Of a stretch of DNA of 64,000 nt, positions 44,221-55,417 are shown piece by piece. Numbering within the stretch: the first letter of the stretch is position 1; the number at the start of each line of letters is the position of its first letter. Source of the stretch: Azolla caroliniana. Taxonomy: Eukaryota > Plantae > Polypodiophyta. Below the pieces are notes generated by a model. It saw only the letters and a program-made list of their open reading frames with translations. It was not told the origin of the DNA and made no database searches. The position numbers and the translations under genes are program-made. The stretch spans positions 20,770,001 to 20,834,000 of the forward strand of contig JBHGNT010000001.1 of assembly GCA_043228905.1 (NCBI GenBank). Direction: 5' to 3'.

Positions 44221-46200
44221 GGAAGCTACGAATTGTTGTTGAGTGAAGGATGTGTGTGAGTTTCGTAGTGAGGTTCTCGAAAGGCAGGGAAGAATCAAGA
44301 GAGGAGAGATGGGCTTGAACATGTCGGGAGTAGATGTTAGAGAGCTCATGCGTGAAATATATTGTGGTGTGATGGTTCTCTTGACTAGAGTTGGTGGCGT
44401 TAGAGGTGTTGCATTTTAGCTTAAAGTATAGGAAGCTATGGTCTGCACCAATAGGGCATGGGGCACCCAGAATGAGTTAATCATGTGGGTAACATCAGGG
44501 CATCCTATTAGGTAATCAACTATGTTTTCCCCTCCTCCATGTCGGAAACATGTGAGCTCTTCCGAGCCCGGCCACTTGGTTAAACCATTTATATATGATC
44601 ATCCGATGTCGATTTCCAAGTTCAAGCATATGATGGCCAAAGCTTGTTGCGTCTGCACCTTGATCTTTTGATCTACGTGTGATGCCTATGGCTAAAGGGT
44701 TGACATTCACCATTTCGAGGTTTTTATCCATCTAAAATATTGTGCATTATCCGGTTTGGTTCTAGCATTGAAATCTCCTACGAGGAAGACATTCTATTGA
44801 GAAGAATACTGGATTATGTCATCCAATAAATGTTCGTATGGAGAAGGCCCATCTGGCGCTCCATCATCAACTAAACTCGCCTCTCCAACCATATTATATT
44901 GGGATCCTTTCGAGGGAAAGCAACAAATGGCGATAAATATTGCCTGATCCTTGCTAGTGAGGACTTTCACCCACATAAAATTGGGTTCTGGGTCTGTTCT
45001 TAATATTTCTATCCTATTATGTGTTTCTCTTCGAAATAATATTGCAACCCCTCCAGACCCTCTAGTAGTGTGTTGACATGAGGTTTATCTAGTGACAAAC
45101 TCCCAACGAAAACCTTCAACTTGTGGTAGTCCTCTATTTGGACTATGATGTGTTTCTACTAAAAAAAGTATATCAAATACCTTCAAAATCTCCTATAGAC
45201 GGTCAGGGTGTGTCCAAAGTGCACCGTTACAATTCCATAAAGTCATCCTAATTTTATTGTCTGTCAAATGGGCCACACACCGTAAATTGGTGGTGTGATC
45301 ATTTATTATTATTCGTCCATCTCAATAAAAGGTGTGATGCCCTTCTTTACAAGCTTGCATGACTCATGGCATACAAGTTTTACGGTGCTCAATTTTCATC
45401 TTGGTGAGGTTTTCATCTAGGTAGATAGGGTCCCCGCCTAATCCTCAAAGAATTGGTCTCTTCTTAAAAAATGTGATTGTTGATTCCAAGTCTTTAAACT
45501 AAATGACTAAAGCTCTCTTCCTAATAGTGTCACGGTCAACCCTCCAAGTTTTGGTGATTGGTAGGGCCTCTATGTACCCTAACGTTTTCCTGAGTGTTTC
45601 TGCATCTTCATTGGGAGATGCCCCTTCCTTGAGTCCAATGACATGTACATTTAGGCATCAAGCTTGACGTATTTTCTCTTCCTCAAGGGTAGTGTTTACA
45701 ATATTTTCATCATTTATTTCCTTTTTAATGTTATGTTTTACTACATCGACCCAACCGGTTTTCGCTAATTCCATGTCGTTTCTTACCTCTTCCTTAACCT
45801 TATTAATCTCTTCCTTAATATCCTCTAGGGAGGATATTTCACCGTCTCCCCTAGATTTCTTGAGGTCATTAAGTTGTTTCTGAAGGTTGATGTTGATTTC
45901 GCTATTTCAGCCATAAGTATGTCTTTTTCTTCCCTATCTTTTTCCTTTTGAGATTCGGTCTCTTTTGCCCATTTTTTCATTTCACTCTCTATTTTAACTA
46001 AACAATTAAAGACATCTAAGAATTCTTCTTTACTTATAGTTTCTTCGTGTGTTCCCTTATGGTCTTTAGTTAGTTTAGAAGTCATGTTGTAATTCCAAAG
46101 ATAAAAGGAAAGGACGAAACAGGACAGAAAACTTAGTCAAGCATCGGTGGATGTCTCATTCACTTCGTGAGCTCGCAATCAACCCACAAAAGAGAGACCT
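44221..46200 (-). mobile_element. 5' part of a LINE (ORF1 ~46085-45280 and APE endonuclease ~45270-44300), degenerate
   Basis: Manual translation: LWNCNGAL, DILFLVETH, RGSGGVAILF, VGDFNAR endonuclease motifs; ORF1 charged coiled-coil followed by VIGLKE..IYLDENLT. Confidence 0.75.
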
Positions 46201-46496
46201 TGCGCGCCAAGTATAAGCACACACATCGTAGGAACACACTCTACCAAACAACCCACGTATGCACGGCCACAACTTTAGCAAGATTGGAGACATGCTTTCT
46301 CTCGCTTACTCGACAAACGACGTTAGAGGCGTAGGAGGCGGCGACAACGACAGCAGAAGGTAATGGCGACAACAAAGAGAGAGAGGGAGAGAGAGAGGGA
46401 GAGATGTTTTTTACACACATTTATTAATATAATTGTGTGTTTTCACCAAAAGAGAGAGAGAGAGAGAGAGAAAGAAAGACAGAGAGCAAGAAAACA

Positions 46497-48210
46497 CTGA
46501 CTAAGAGAGAGATGGGCCCCCCGGAGATTTCCGGATGAAGAGCGAGTGTTACTTACCGACAAGGGGGATCCGGAAAGTTTTGAAAAAGCAAAGAGAGACA
46601 CCCACAACCGCAAGTGGTTAAGTGTCATGCAAGATGAGATGGATTCCCTACCTGAGAACCACGCATACGAATTGATGGAGCTGTCGAAAGGGAAGAAAGC
46701 GCTCTGGAACAAGAGGGTGTACAAGTTGAAACCGAGGGACGCCGGAAATCCACCGAGATACAAAGCCTGCATTGTGGTGAAGGAGAAGAAAGGAGTGGAT
46801 TTTGATGATATTTTCACCCCGGTAGTGAAGATGACATCCATCCGGACGTTCTTGAGCATAGCGGCAAGCATGGACCTCAAGGTAGAGCAATTGGACGTCA
46901 AGACGATGTTCCTACATGGCGACCTCAAAGAAGAGATCTACATGCAACAACCGCAAGGATTTTTCAAGCAAGGGAAGGAGAATCTGGAGTGCCAATTGAA
47001 GAAGAGCTTATATGAACTAAAGAAAGTTCCCCGGCAATGCTACCGAAGTTCGACTCCTTCATGACCGACCAAGGATACCGCAAGACGCAAACCCACCATT
47101 GAGTGTTTGTGAAGAAGTTCGACGGAGGAGACTTCCTGATACTCTTGTTGTATGTGGATGACATGTTGATTGTCGAACCGAACCGAATCAAAATCGAAAA
47201 TCTGAAGAAGGCCTTGAACCGGACCTTCTCAATTAAAGATTTGGGTCCGGTGAGACAGATACTAGGGATGCACCAGACAAAGAAGCTATTGAGGTTGTCA
47301 CAAGAGAAGTACGTGATGAAGGAGCTCCAAAAATTCAGCATGTCAGATGCTAAATTGGTCAGATCAACACTCCCGGAAAATTGCAAGTTGTCCGGAAAAC
47401 AGAGCCCGAAGACAGAGGCAAAGAAGTCAAAAATTATGAAGGTACCATATGCCTCTACCGTTGGAAGCTTAATGTACGCAATGGTGTGTACTCGACCAAA
47501 TATTAGATATGCAGTTGGAGTGGTGAGCCGGTTTATGAGCAACCCGGGAAGAGAGCATTGGGCTGCCATCAAGTGGTTCCGCCGGTACATGAAAGGCACC
47601 TCGAACATGTGCCTCCGGTTCGGCTCTGGCTTTACGAATTCAGACATGTCGGCTGATCTAGATACTAGTCGGTCCACGTCCGGATACATCATGACTTATG
47701 CATGGGGAGCGGTATCATGGCAGTCAAGACTGCAGAAATCAGTGGCATTATCGAGAATGGAAGCGAAATACATGGCGGTTGTAGAAGTCGGCAAGGAAAT
47801 AATCTAGATGAAGGACTTCATCAAAGAGGTAGGGATTCGATAGGAGGAATATCGGCTCTATTGCGATAGCCAAAGTGTCATCCACCTTGTAAAGAACGCG
47901 GCCTACCACTCCAGAACCAAGCACATCCAACGGAGATACCACTGGCTCTAGGAGAAGGTAGAAGATAAAGAGTTTTCATTGATGAAGATTCATACGGAGG
48001 AGAACGGGTCGGACACGCTGACCAAGGTGTTGTCACCCAACAAACTGGACACGTGCCGGAGACGGATCGGACTAACGAGACATCCCATGCCGGAGTGAAG
48101 GGGGAGTTTGTTGGGAAACAAGTCCCTCCGGATGGGATCCGGATGAGTACCAGACAAGACGGATCGGACGAGCCGAAGGAAAGAACCGGACTAGATGGAT
48201 CCGGAAGATA
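46497..48210 (+). mobile_element. Ty1/copia RT-RNase H fragment with PPT and start of 3' LTR (48109)
   Basis: Colinear with 21553-23250; LLYVDDML; GAAGGGGGAG PPT then TGTTGGG. Confidence 0.92.
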
Positions 48211-51121
48211 TTAGCATTTAGAGCCCTTTTCTAGAGTTAATATATATTTAAACATATAAGTTTTTACCTATAAATTACTTGTTGGTTCATATAATTGAGT
48301 TTCTCTATATTTTTCAATCTTGCCCCTATAAGGTCAACTAAAAATCAGGATGAGCGTATAGTCAAGAAAATACGTTTGAAATATCAATGCTCTCTTTTAG
48401 AATCTACTCAACGTGAGGAAGCCATGTATAGTGAGAGACCAAAGAAATATTGTTCAACCATGATATACCAAGATTGTGATAATCAGAAATTGAGAGAAGT
48501 TAAAGATATTCCTGATTTTTCCTACATCATTTCTTGCACATATTGACAACGAAGGAATACATATTATTGATTGTAGCTATGCTAAGTTACATATTAAAAA
48601 ATTTGTGATTTGGTTAAACGTACTACATCTACATGCTTTGAAGCTCTTCCGAAATATTGTTTCATTGGAGAAAGACGATGAACAAGTGAGTTTCATTAAC
48701 ATGAGGATTAAAGCCTTAGCCTTATGGGAATGCCCAAACTAGGATGAGGAAGTAGGGGCAAAGCACATTGCGAATACAGAACGATTTCAACCAGTCTCCC
48801 GTGAGCCAATTTCTCCATTAGTTGGTGAACCTAGGGAGCTTATTGATCTTGACGATGAGCTTCTAGAGGACCCTACGGTTGCCACTGCACAAATGTGTGA
48901 GGAGAGTTCTCAAAAGGAGGAAGAGGAGAATGATGTAGATACTTTGATAGCCATGTAAAACTATACGTTGCAATGTTATGTTGACATTTTAATCTAAGTT
49001 ATATTCTTTTCATTGTTAGATTAATGTCTACATTTTGGTCGGTGGTTTGCCACCCGAAGGTGTTAGTCAAGCTAGGGTAAAAAACATTAGCAGGTTGAGA
49101 CCAATTAACCATCCTCTCCTGGTTCGCCACCCGAATGGTATACAACAATCCAAAATCTTCAACCAACAATTTTGAGTAGAGAGCCCTTCACAAAACGCAT
49201 AGATGACCTCAATGTGAAGCACCTTAATGGGACACACAAGATAGTACCTCCATTGAGAATAGGTTCATGTTTGAAACTCTTCCCCAACTAGCACGACATA
49301 AGTTTTAAAGATGTACATGCATAGCACATGGTCTTACGCAAGCATATACAAATAGATACAACAATGGCTTGAAGTATGACAACTTTTTTCACTTGCCTAA
49401 GGGTTTCCGTTTATATACATAGGCTTACTAACACTAATAGTCACATTCATGTCGGCCACCTATTTGTGTAACCCATAGTTCCCCTTCTCCCCACTATAAT
49501 GTCTCATGTGCAAACGTTGTTTTTCTTGGGGGTCCTAAAATGTTTGTCTCATGTTAACAAACTCACACACACATCTTTCCATTTCCAATACACACATACA
49601 ATGAGGTGTATATGTAATATACACTATTGTTTTGTTTGTGTGGAGGATGATGCACCTTCACCTTCTTCGTTTGTTTTGTGTTGGGTTTAGCATTGGCTAA
49701 AGGCAACACATGGAGATGGATGCCTCTTCCTCTAGATATGATTGTTCTCTAAGAATCAAATCAACGACTTGTTCCTACAAAAATCCATCATTAACGTCTG
49801 CTCGTAGGGAATGGATGGACATGAATTTACCGAGAGGTGGTGGAAAATTTGATGACATAGCTGGTAACACTGCTCCGTGTCATGCCATTACAATACAACA
49901 TTTGGAACTATATATATTATGGGACTTCATCATATGCACATATCAATCCCATTCCATGTATGTATGTGTATACATATCATTGTAGATATAGATGCGAGAA
50001 GGGTAAAACTTCCCACTGGAACCAAAATACTATGCCTCAAATGCACAGCACATCTCACATATGAAGGGCCCCACAAAAAACCCACTCAGCCCAGAAGTTC
50101 AAAAAAGCCACTCTAAGCCTAAATGGCATTCTACTCTAAACTGAAGGTCTTATAAGAGAACCATTGGGAGAATGTTGCTCCGACATTGGGATGTGGTAAG
50201 GACATGAGTAGTGAGGTAGTTTGAGTGAGATGAGATGGGGCGCCCTTGTCAAGGTCAAAACTTGAGAAGTGTCGATGTGTTCAATCTTGCCTTCTCTTGG
50301 GCGTTCGTTAGGGATTCTTAAATTTCACAGCTCGAGGAATTAATTGCGTGAGTACTACGTATATATGTAGATAAGCCATTTAATACTAGATGCATCCATG
50401 CATAAGTTGTTTGAGGGTGTCATATGTGAATCATCATCATCATCATAATCAAAATAAGTAGGTCAGGTTAGGTTAGGTAGTAGGTGGGTGGATGGATGGG
50501 TGGGTAGGTAGGCAGGCAGGCCACACCGGCATCGTTTGATTGCCGGACGGGCTCCACCTTTTCCTTCCCGTCACTTCAAATACGTCTTTCTTACTACCAT
50601 ACCATACCATACCATACCTTCCTTCGGCACGGTGAGGACCTCAGCAGCAGCTCAGTTTATGTTTATGTTTATATTTATGTTTATGAGAGAGAGAGAGAGA
50701 AACATACCGTTGGAAGGACGGACATGGAAAGATTGAATGGAATTCCAGCAGGCATGCCTACAGTTGCATATATGTATATGTATATGTATATATGTATGCA
50801 GGGATGTAAGTTTAATCGTTTAAACAGACAGAGCAGAGACTCTCTGAGAGCATGTTGATGTAATAATCGAGGTGAAAAACAAGAACAATATGTATGTATG
50901 TATACACTTGTTCCCCAAATATGTATAGATAGGCCTTCATTCACTTCAAAGTGTGGTTTGGTTTGGTTTGGTTTGGTTTGGTTCGGTTCAAACTTCTACC
51001 ACCCCCCCCCCCCCCCCCATTTGAAATGACACCAAGATAGATAGCGAGCAAGCCTCTAGAGAAGACAAGACGAAGAAAAAACACAATAATATATGGATCC
51101 AGAAAAAGGAAATGTACGCAT

Positions 51122-51744
51122 TCAATAGATGGATGGAGGTGAAGAAGCCGGTGGCTCATCATTTGAGCAGCAGTCTCTTAACGGAGACTGCTCCCCTCTC
51201 AGTACACCTTCAATCATTCTCACCACTTGCCTCATTTTCGGCCTTTGTTGGGGAGCCACTGAGACACAGGACATGGCGATTTGGAGCAAAGACACCATCT
51301 CCTGCTCATTGTCCTTATAATGCATTAGCTCAAGGTCGAAGACCTCAGCTGTCCACTCTTCTCTTACAACCGATTGCACCCATCGTGGCAAATCTAAACC
51401 CTCATCTTGTAAAGACTGGGCTGGGGATTTCCCCGTCAATATCTCAAGTAACAACACACCGAAGCTATACATATCCGTCCGTAGCGACACTTTCTTGTTG
51501 TCAACGAGCTCTGGCGCCTTGTAGCCCGACGCCATTTGCATGGTTACCGATGATGGCATTAAGGGTGCTAAGGCGAAATCGGAGACACACGCATTCCCCT
51601 CACTGTCTAGGAGGACATTCGATGACTTGATGTTACCATGCTCTATCTTGTGGTTGTGTAGGTGTGCTATACCCCTTGCCGCACCTAGCGCTATCCGAAC
51701 TCGAGTATTCCAATCCAACGGCACACGCCCAGGTCCTCGATTTC
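51122..51744 (-). CDS. LRR receptor-like kinase, exon 2 (kinase C-lobe)
   Basis: TTAG acceptor at 51748-51745; NRGPGRVPLDWNTR, HGNIKSSN, GYKAPE, DMYSFGVLLLE, WVQSVVREEWTAEVFD. Confidence 0.95.
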
Positions 51745-52010
51745 CTAATACCATGTCAAACCCAAAAACAAAGAAATCGTTGTTAAATCCCTACACAACC
51801 TTCAATGCCTACCTAGCTAGCATTAGTGTAACTTTCAAACCACATTTCCTCAGATGCATTTGAATGTCTTATCCAAGGTTAAGTCAGGTAAAACAATCTA
51901 TCTAATATTGTTGAGATTGAAGACCTTTAGGGCCATAAGATATTAGTGGATCAGTTAAAATAAAAGGGAAGACTGCACCCAACTAAGGGTTTTTGGTTTT
52001 TGGTTTTTCG

Positions 52011-52037
52011 TTAGGGTTTAGGGTTTAGGGTTTAGGG
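52011..52037 (+). repeat. Interstitial plant telomeric repeat (TTTAGGG) x4 in the RLK intron
   Basis: TTAGGG-TTTAGGG-TTTAGGG-TTTAGGG read directly. Confidence 0.9.
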
Positions 52038-52241
52038 TAAAATAGTAGGATGTAGAACATGAATCAATGATATTGATACTAATTCACGTAGTGAATAATA
52101 TCTCTTAGCCTTTATTATTCATGAGCATGTATGGTGTTCTAGTTCCCCCTATTCATTATTGAGATTGAAAACGTTCATCTTGAAGAAAAGAACGAAACAG
52201 TAGAGAGAGAGAGAGAGAGAGAGAAATACAGATAGACTTAC

Positions 52242-53414
52242 CATGGAGCAGGTTGAATAAGCTTCCGTTAGACATGAAGTCGTAGACAAGAAGCTTCTCT
52301 TCTTTGGCATAATAGAAAGCTCGAAGAGAAACCAGATTTTGGTGTCCTCGGATTTTGCCAATCAAATCCATTTGTTGTTCAAAATCTTTCTTACTTGATG
52401 CATTCGCCTCCTTCAATCTCTTGATAGCTACAGATCCCCCATCCTCCATCACTGCCTTATATGCCGTGCCAAGACTACCCTTTCCAAGCATCTCCGCCGA
52501 TGCTCTTAACAAATCTTCTAACTCAAACTTCTTCATTTTCCGACCATCACCATCTCCACCATCATCACCATCGTCAAAGAAAATAAGTTTTTTCTTGCTC
52601 TTCTTTTCACTGGATTCAGCCCGATCATTAGCCGTACTCGGGCCTGGCAAGCAGTTTATGTCTTGTGCGAATTTGTTCGACTTGCAATCTCCAAATGCAT
52701 TGTTCGACTTGCAATCTCCAAACGCATTGCCACCGAGCGTTTTCACTTTCGATCTTTGATAATATATGGAGAATACGAGGACTAATAAAAGGAGAAGTAC
52801 CACATCTCCAACCACAATGGCAGCAATGGCACCTAAGCTAAGCTTGCTAGAGCTCTTCTTAACCACTCCAACTTGTGGTGATTGTAAAGTAAATGGGTCA
52901 TTGTGGGTAGATGGTATACTAACAAACGGTGAGGCAGGGCTACTTAACACGTCACTTGCATTGCATGAAGGTAAGGGCGTCCCACATAGGTTGAGATTGC
53001 CATAGAAAGAAGAACTTGGAAACCTACCTAAGGATAGTGGAATCAACCCACTTAAGTTATTATATGAAACATCAAAGAAGGTGAGGTTTGTCATGTTTAG
53101 GGCGGGGATAGCTCCATAAAACAGGTTGTGGCCGAGAGATAAGTCGATGAGGTTGGGTAATGTGAGGTTAGGGATGGTACCTGTGAGGTTGTTATGATGA
53201 AGATGTAGAGACAGCAGCATTGTCAAGTTGAGCAACGATGGAGGGATGGTCCCATTGAAGTTGTTATGCGATAGGTCTAAGGTCCGAAGCTGAGATAACA
53301 AAGAGATGGAGTCGGGGATGGGTCCCGAGAATCGGTTGGACGGGAGCGCAAGGAACCATAGGTGTTTCCAATTAGCAATGCTACTGTTGCTAATGCTGCT
53401 GCTGCTTCTTAGCG

Positions 53415-53450
<36 letters not shown>

Positions 53451-53726
53451 GAGGAGGAGAAGGAATGAGCTGGCCCTGGAAGTTGTTGTTAGAGAGAATG
53501 AGGACTCGGAGCTCGGTTAGAAGGAGAAGGGGCTGGAGGGATCCACTTAGGTTTCGGCCTCGTAACGACAGTCGGGCGACGCGGCCATCTAGCGTGCATG
53601 TCACCCCGCTCCAATCGCAACAATCTGAGGTGTTCCATGCTGCCAGAGACTGCGTCTCAGGATCACTGGCGGCTCTGAATGTGAGCAGTGCTTGTGTGTC
53701 ATTTTGGGCATGAATGCTGTTGCTGT

Positions 53727-53757
<31 letters not shown>

Positions 53758-53790
53758 CAGAGGGCAAAAGAAGAGAGAGGGTAGCAGCAT
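52242..53790 (-). CDS. LRR receptor-like kinase, exon 1 (signal peptide, LRRNT, ~6-7 LRRs, TM, kinase N-lobe); LRR-III atypical kinase, ~723 aa spliced
   Basis: Leu-rich signal peptide, CDWSGVTC cap, LxxNxFxGxIP repeats, GNLNLCG, TM helix, FELEDLLRASAEMLGKGSLGTAYKA; GTAAGT donor at 52241 gives a phase-1 intron at LLHG, typical of this subfamily. Confidence 0.95.
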
Positions 53791-53800
53791 TGTGTGTGTG

Positions 53801-53831
<31 letters not shown>

Positions 53832-53943
53832 GGCCTCAGAAGAAGACCATAGCTCGAGATATGGAGAAGAACCCACGAGAGGGAAAGTTAGATAAAGGGC
53901 TATAGAGACCTCACAAATGGAGAATTCGTTCTACTGAGAAGAA

Positions 53944-53987
<44 letters not shown>

Positions 53988-54095
53988 GGTGTCTCGCTGA
54001 GCCCTGTCAGAGAGATACATAAATGTCTATTCACACAAGCCCCTCAGAAACCATTTCACACACACACACACACTCACTCACTCACTCACTCACGC
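53791..54095. repeat. GA/CT and CA microsatellites in the 5' UTR/promoter of the RLK
   Basis: (GA)n at ~53802-53830 and 53947-53983, (CA)n/(CACT)n at 54057-54092. Confidence 0.85.
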
Positions 54096-55293
54096 ACAAG
54101 AGAACTTAAATCCACACAATTGCAGAGACCTTTGTTTGATTCATCATAATGGATGGGATGGGGTCCTTTCTCCGAAGATGACCATCTTCCCCACCAAATC
54201 AATGCTTAGACCATACATACATATACATACATACTAAGATATGCTAACGATTTTCAAGTGATGCTTCCTCAAAATATACCCTACTTCATTAACAACAAGA
54301 TTCATGTCACCGACATGAGAAGGCCACTCAGGCTCAACTTTGTTTGAGGTGGCATGAAAATGATCGATCATACACTACTTAGACTCAATAGAGATTGGAG
54401 TCAAACATGTCGAAAATCTCGGCCCATCTAAGAAAAGAGGTAGACAACACTTAGGGGATGAGTCAAGAGAAATGTTGTCACGTAAGTCATGATGCCATGA
54501 CATGGCATGTTCGAAGGAGGAAAGCACATGAAAATCAAATTTACAATATGCTAAAGGAGAGGTGATTAAATGGTATTAAAAACAATGACTAAAGTTCTTT
54601 GTTTAAAATGATAAGTTAAGGGTTCAATCCTTGTTAGGAACTTGATGGGAATATGTGAGCTATAATGAAAAAGCGACCATACTAAAGTGGATATGTGCAT
54701 GATAATACTATTTTTCTTTGGCATAGGAGCTCCAAAATGCTATAAAAGGAGCAAGAAGGCTCATTGTTAGGAGGAAGAAATTGGATTGAAAGCAAAAGCT
54801 CTACCAAAATTTAGAACCATCACCATCATTAGAAATACTTCAACATGCTTAAAACAATGCGAGCACTAGAGCATTTTCTACATTGAAAACGGGGAATTTA
54901 CAAGTGTCAAGAGTTGAACCCACTACACAAGCCAAAACTCAAGCATTCCAACATCCATACAACACTTGTGAATCAAAGTGTGCCTCTATGGATTGAATCC
55001 ATCAAGGTCTCATATCTCCCTCATCTAGAGTCGGAATCAGATGAAATCTAAGTCATTTTGGGGTTGGCACCTTCCGGTTGGATTGAGCAAATAAGCTTCA
55101 CTCAAATCTGAGCGGAGTGCAGACTTCAGGACCTGCCTATTTCGACCTAAGCTGTGAGACACCAGGTTTTCTCCTCTCATTACCTTTGTTAGACCTCTCT
55201 ACATTTCGACATACAAAGTAGTAGGTCTACCACATTATTGTTGTCAAGGGTGGCTCAATCATCTTCTATATGGAATAAGAAAAGGAAAGAAAT

Positions 55294-55379
55294 TGAAAAG
55301 AATGGCGTTCGGAAGCAATATAGGAAACCGAACAATAGAAAACATAGGTTTAATGCAAAGATTAGGTTTGCACAGTACG

Positions 55380-55417
<38 letters not shown>

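Noticed and set aside
48220-49140. Possible DNA-transposon remnant (acidic open stretch 48740-48950, GCCACCCGAA repeats at 49048 and 49126)
   Set aside because: No transposase motif, TIR pair or TSD that I can support
52156-52241. C-terminal KSICISLSLSL extension of the RLK ORF
   Set aside because: Intron read-through past the GTAAGT donor
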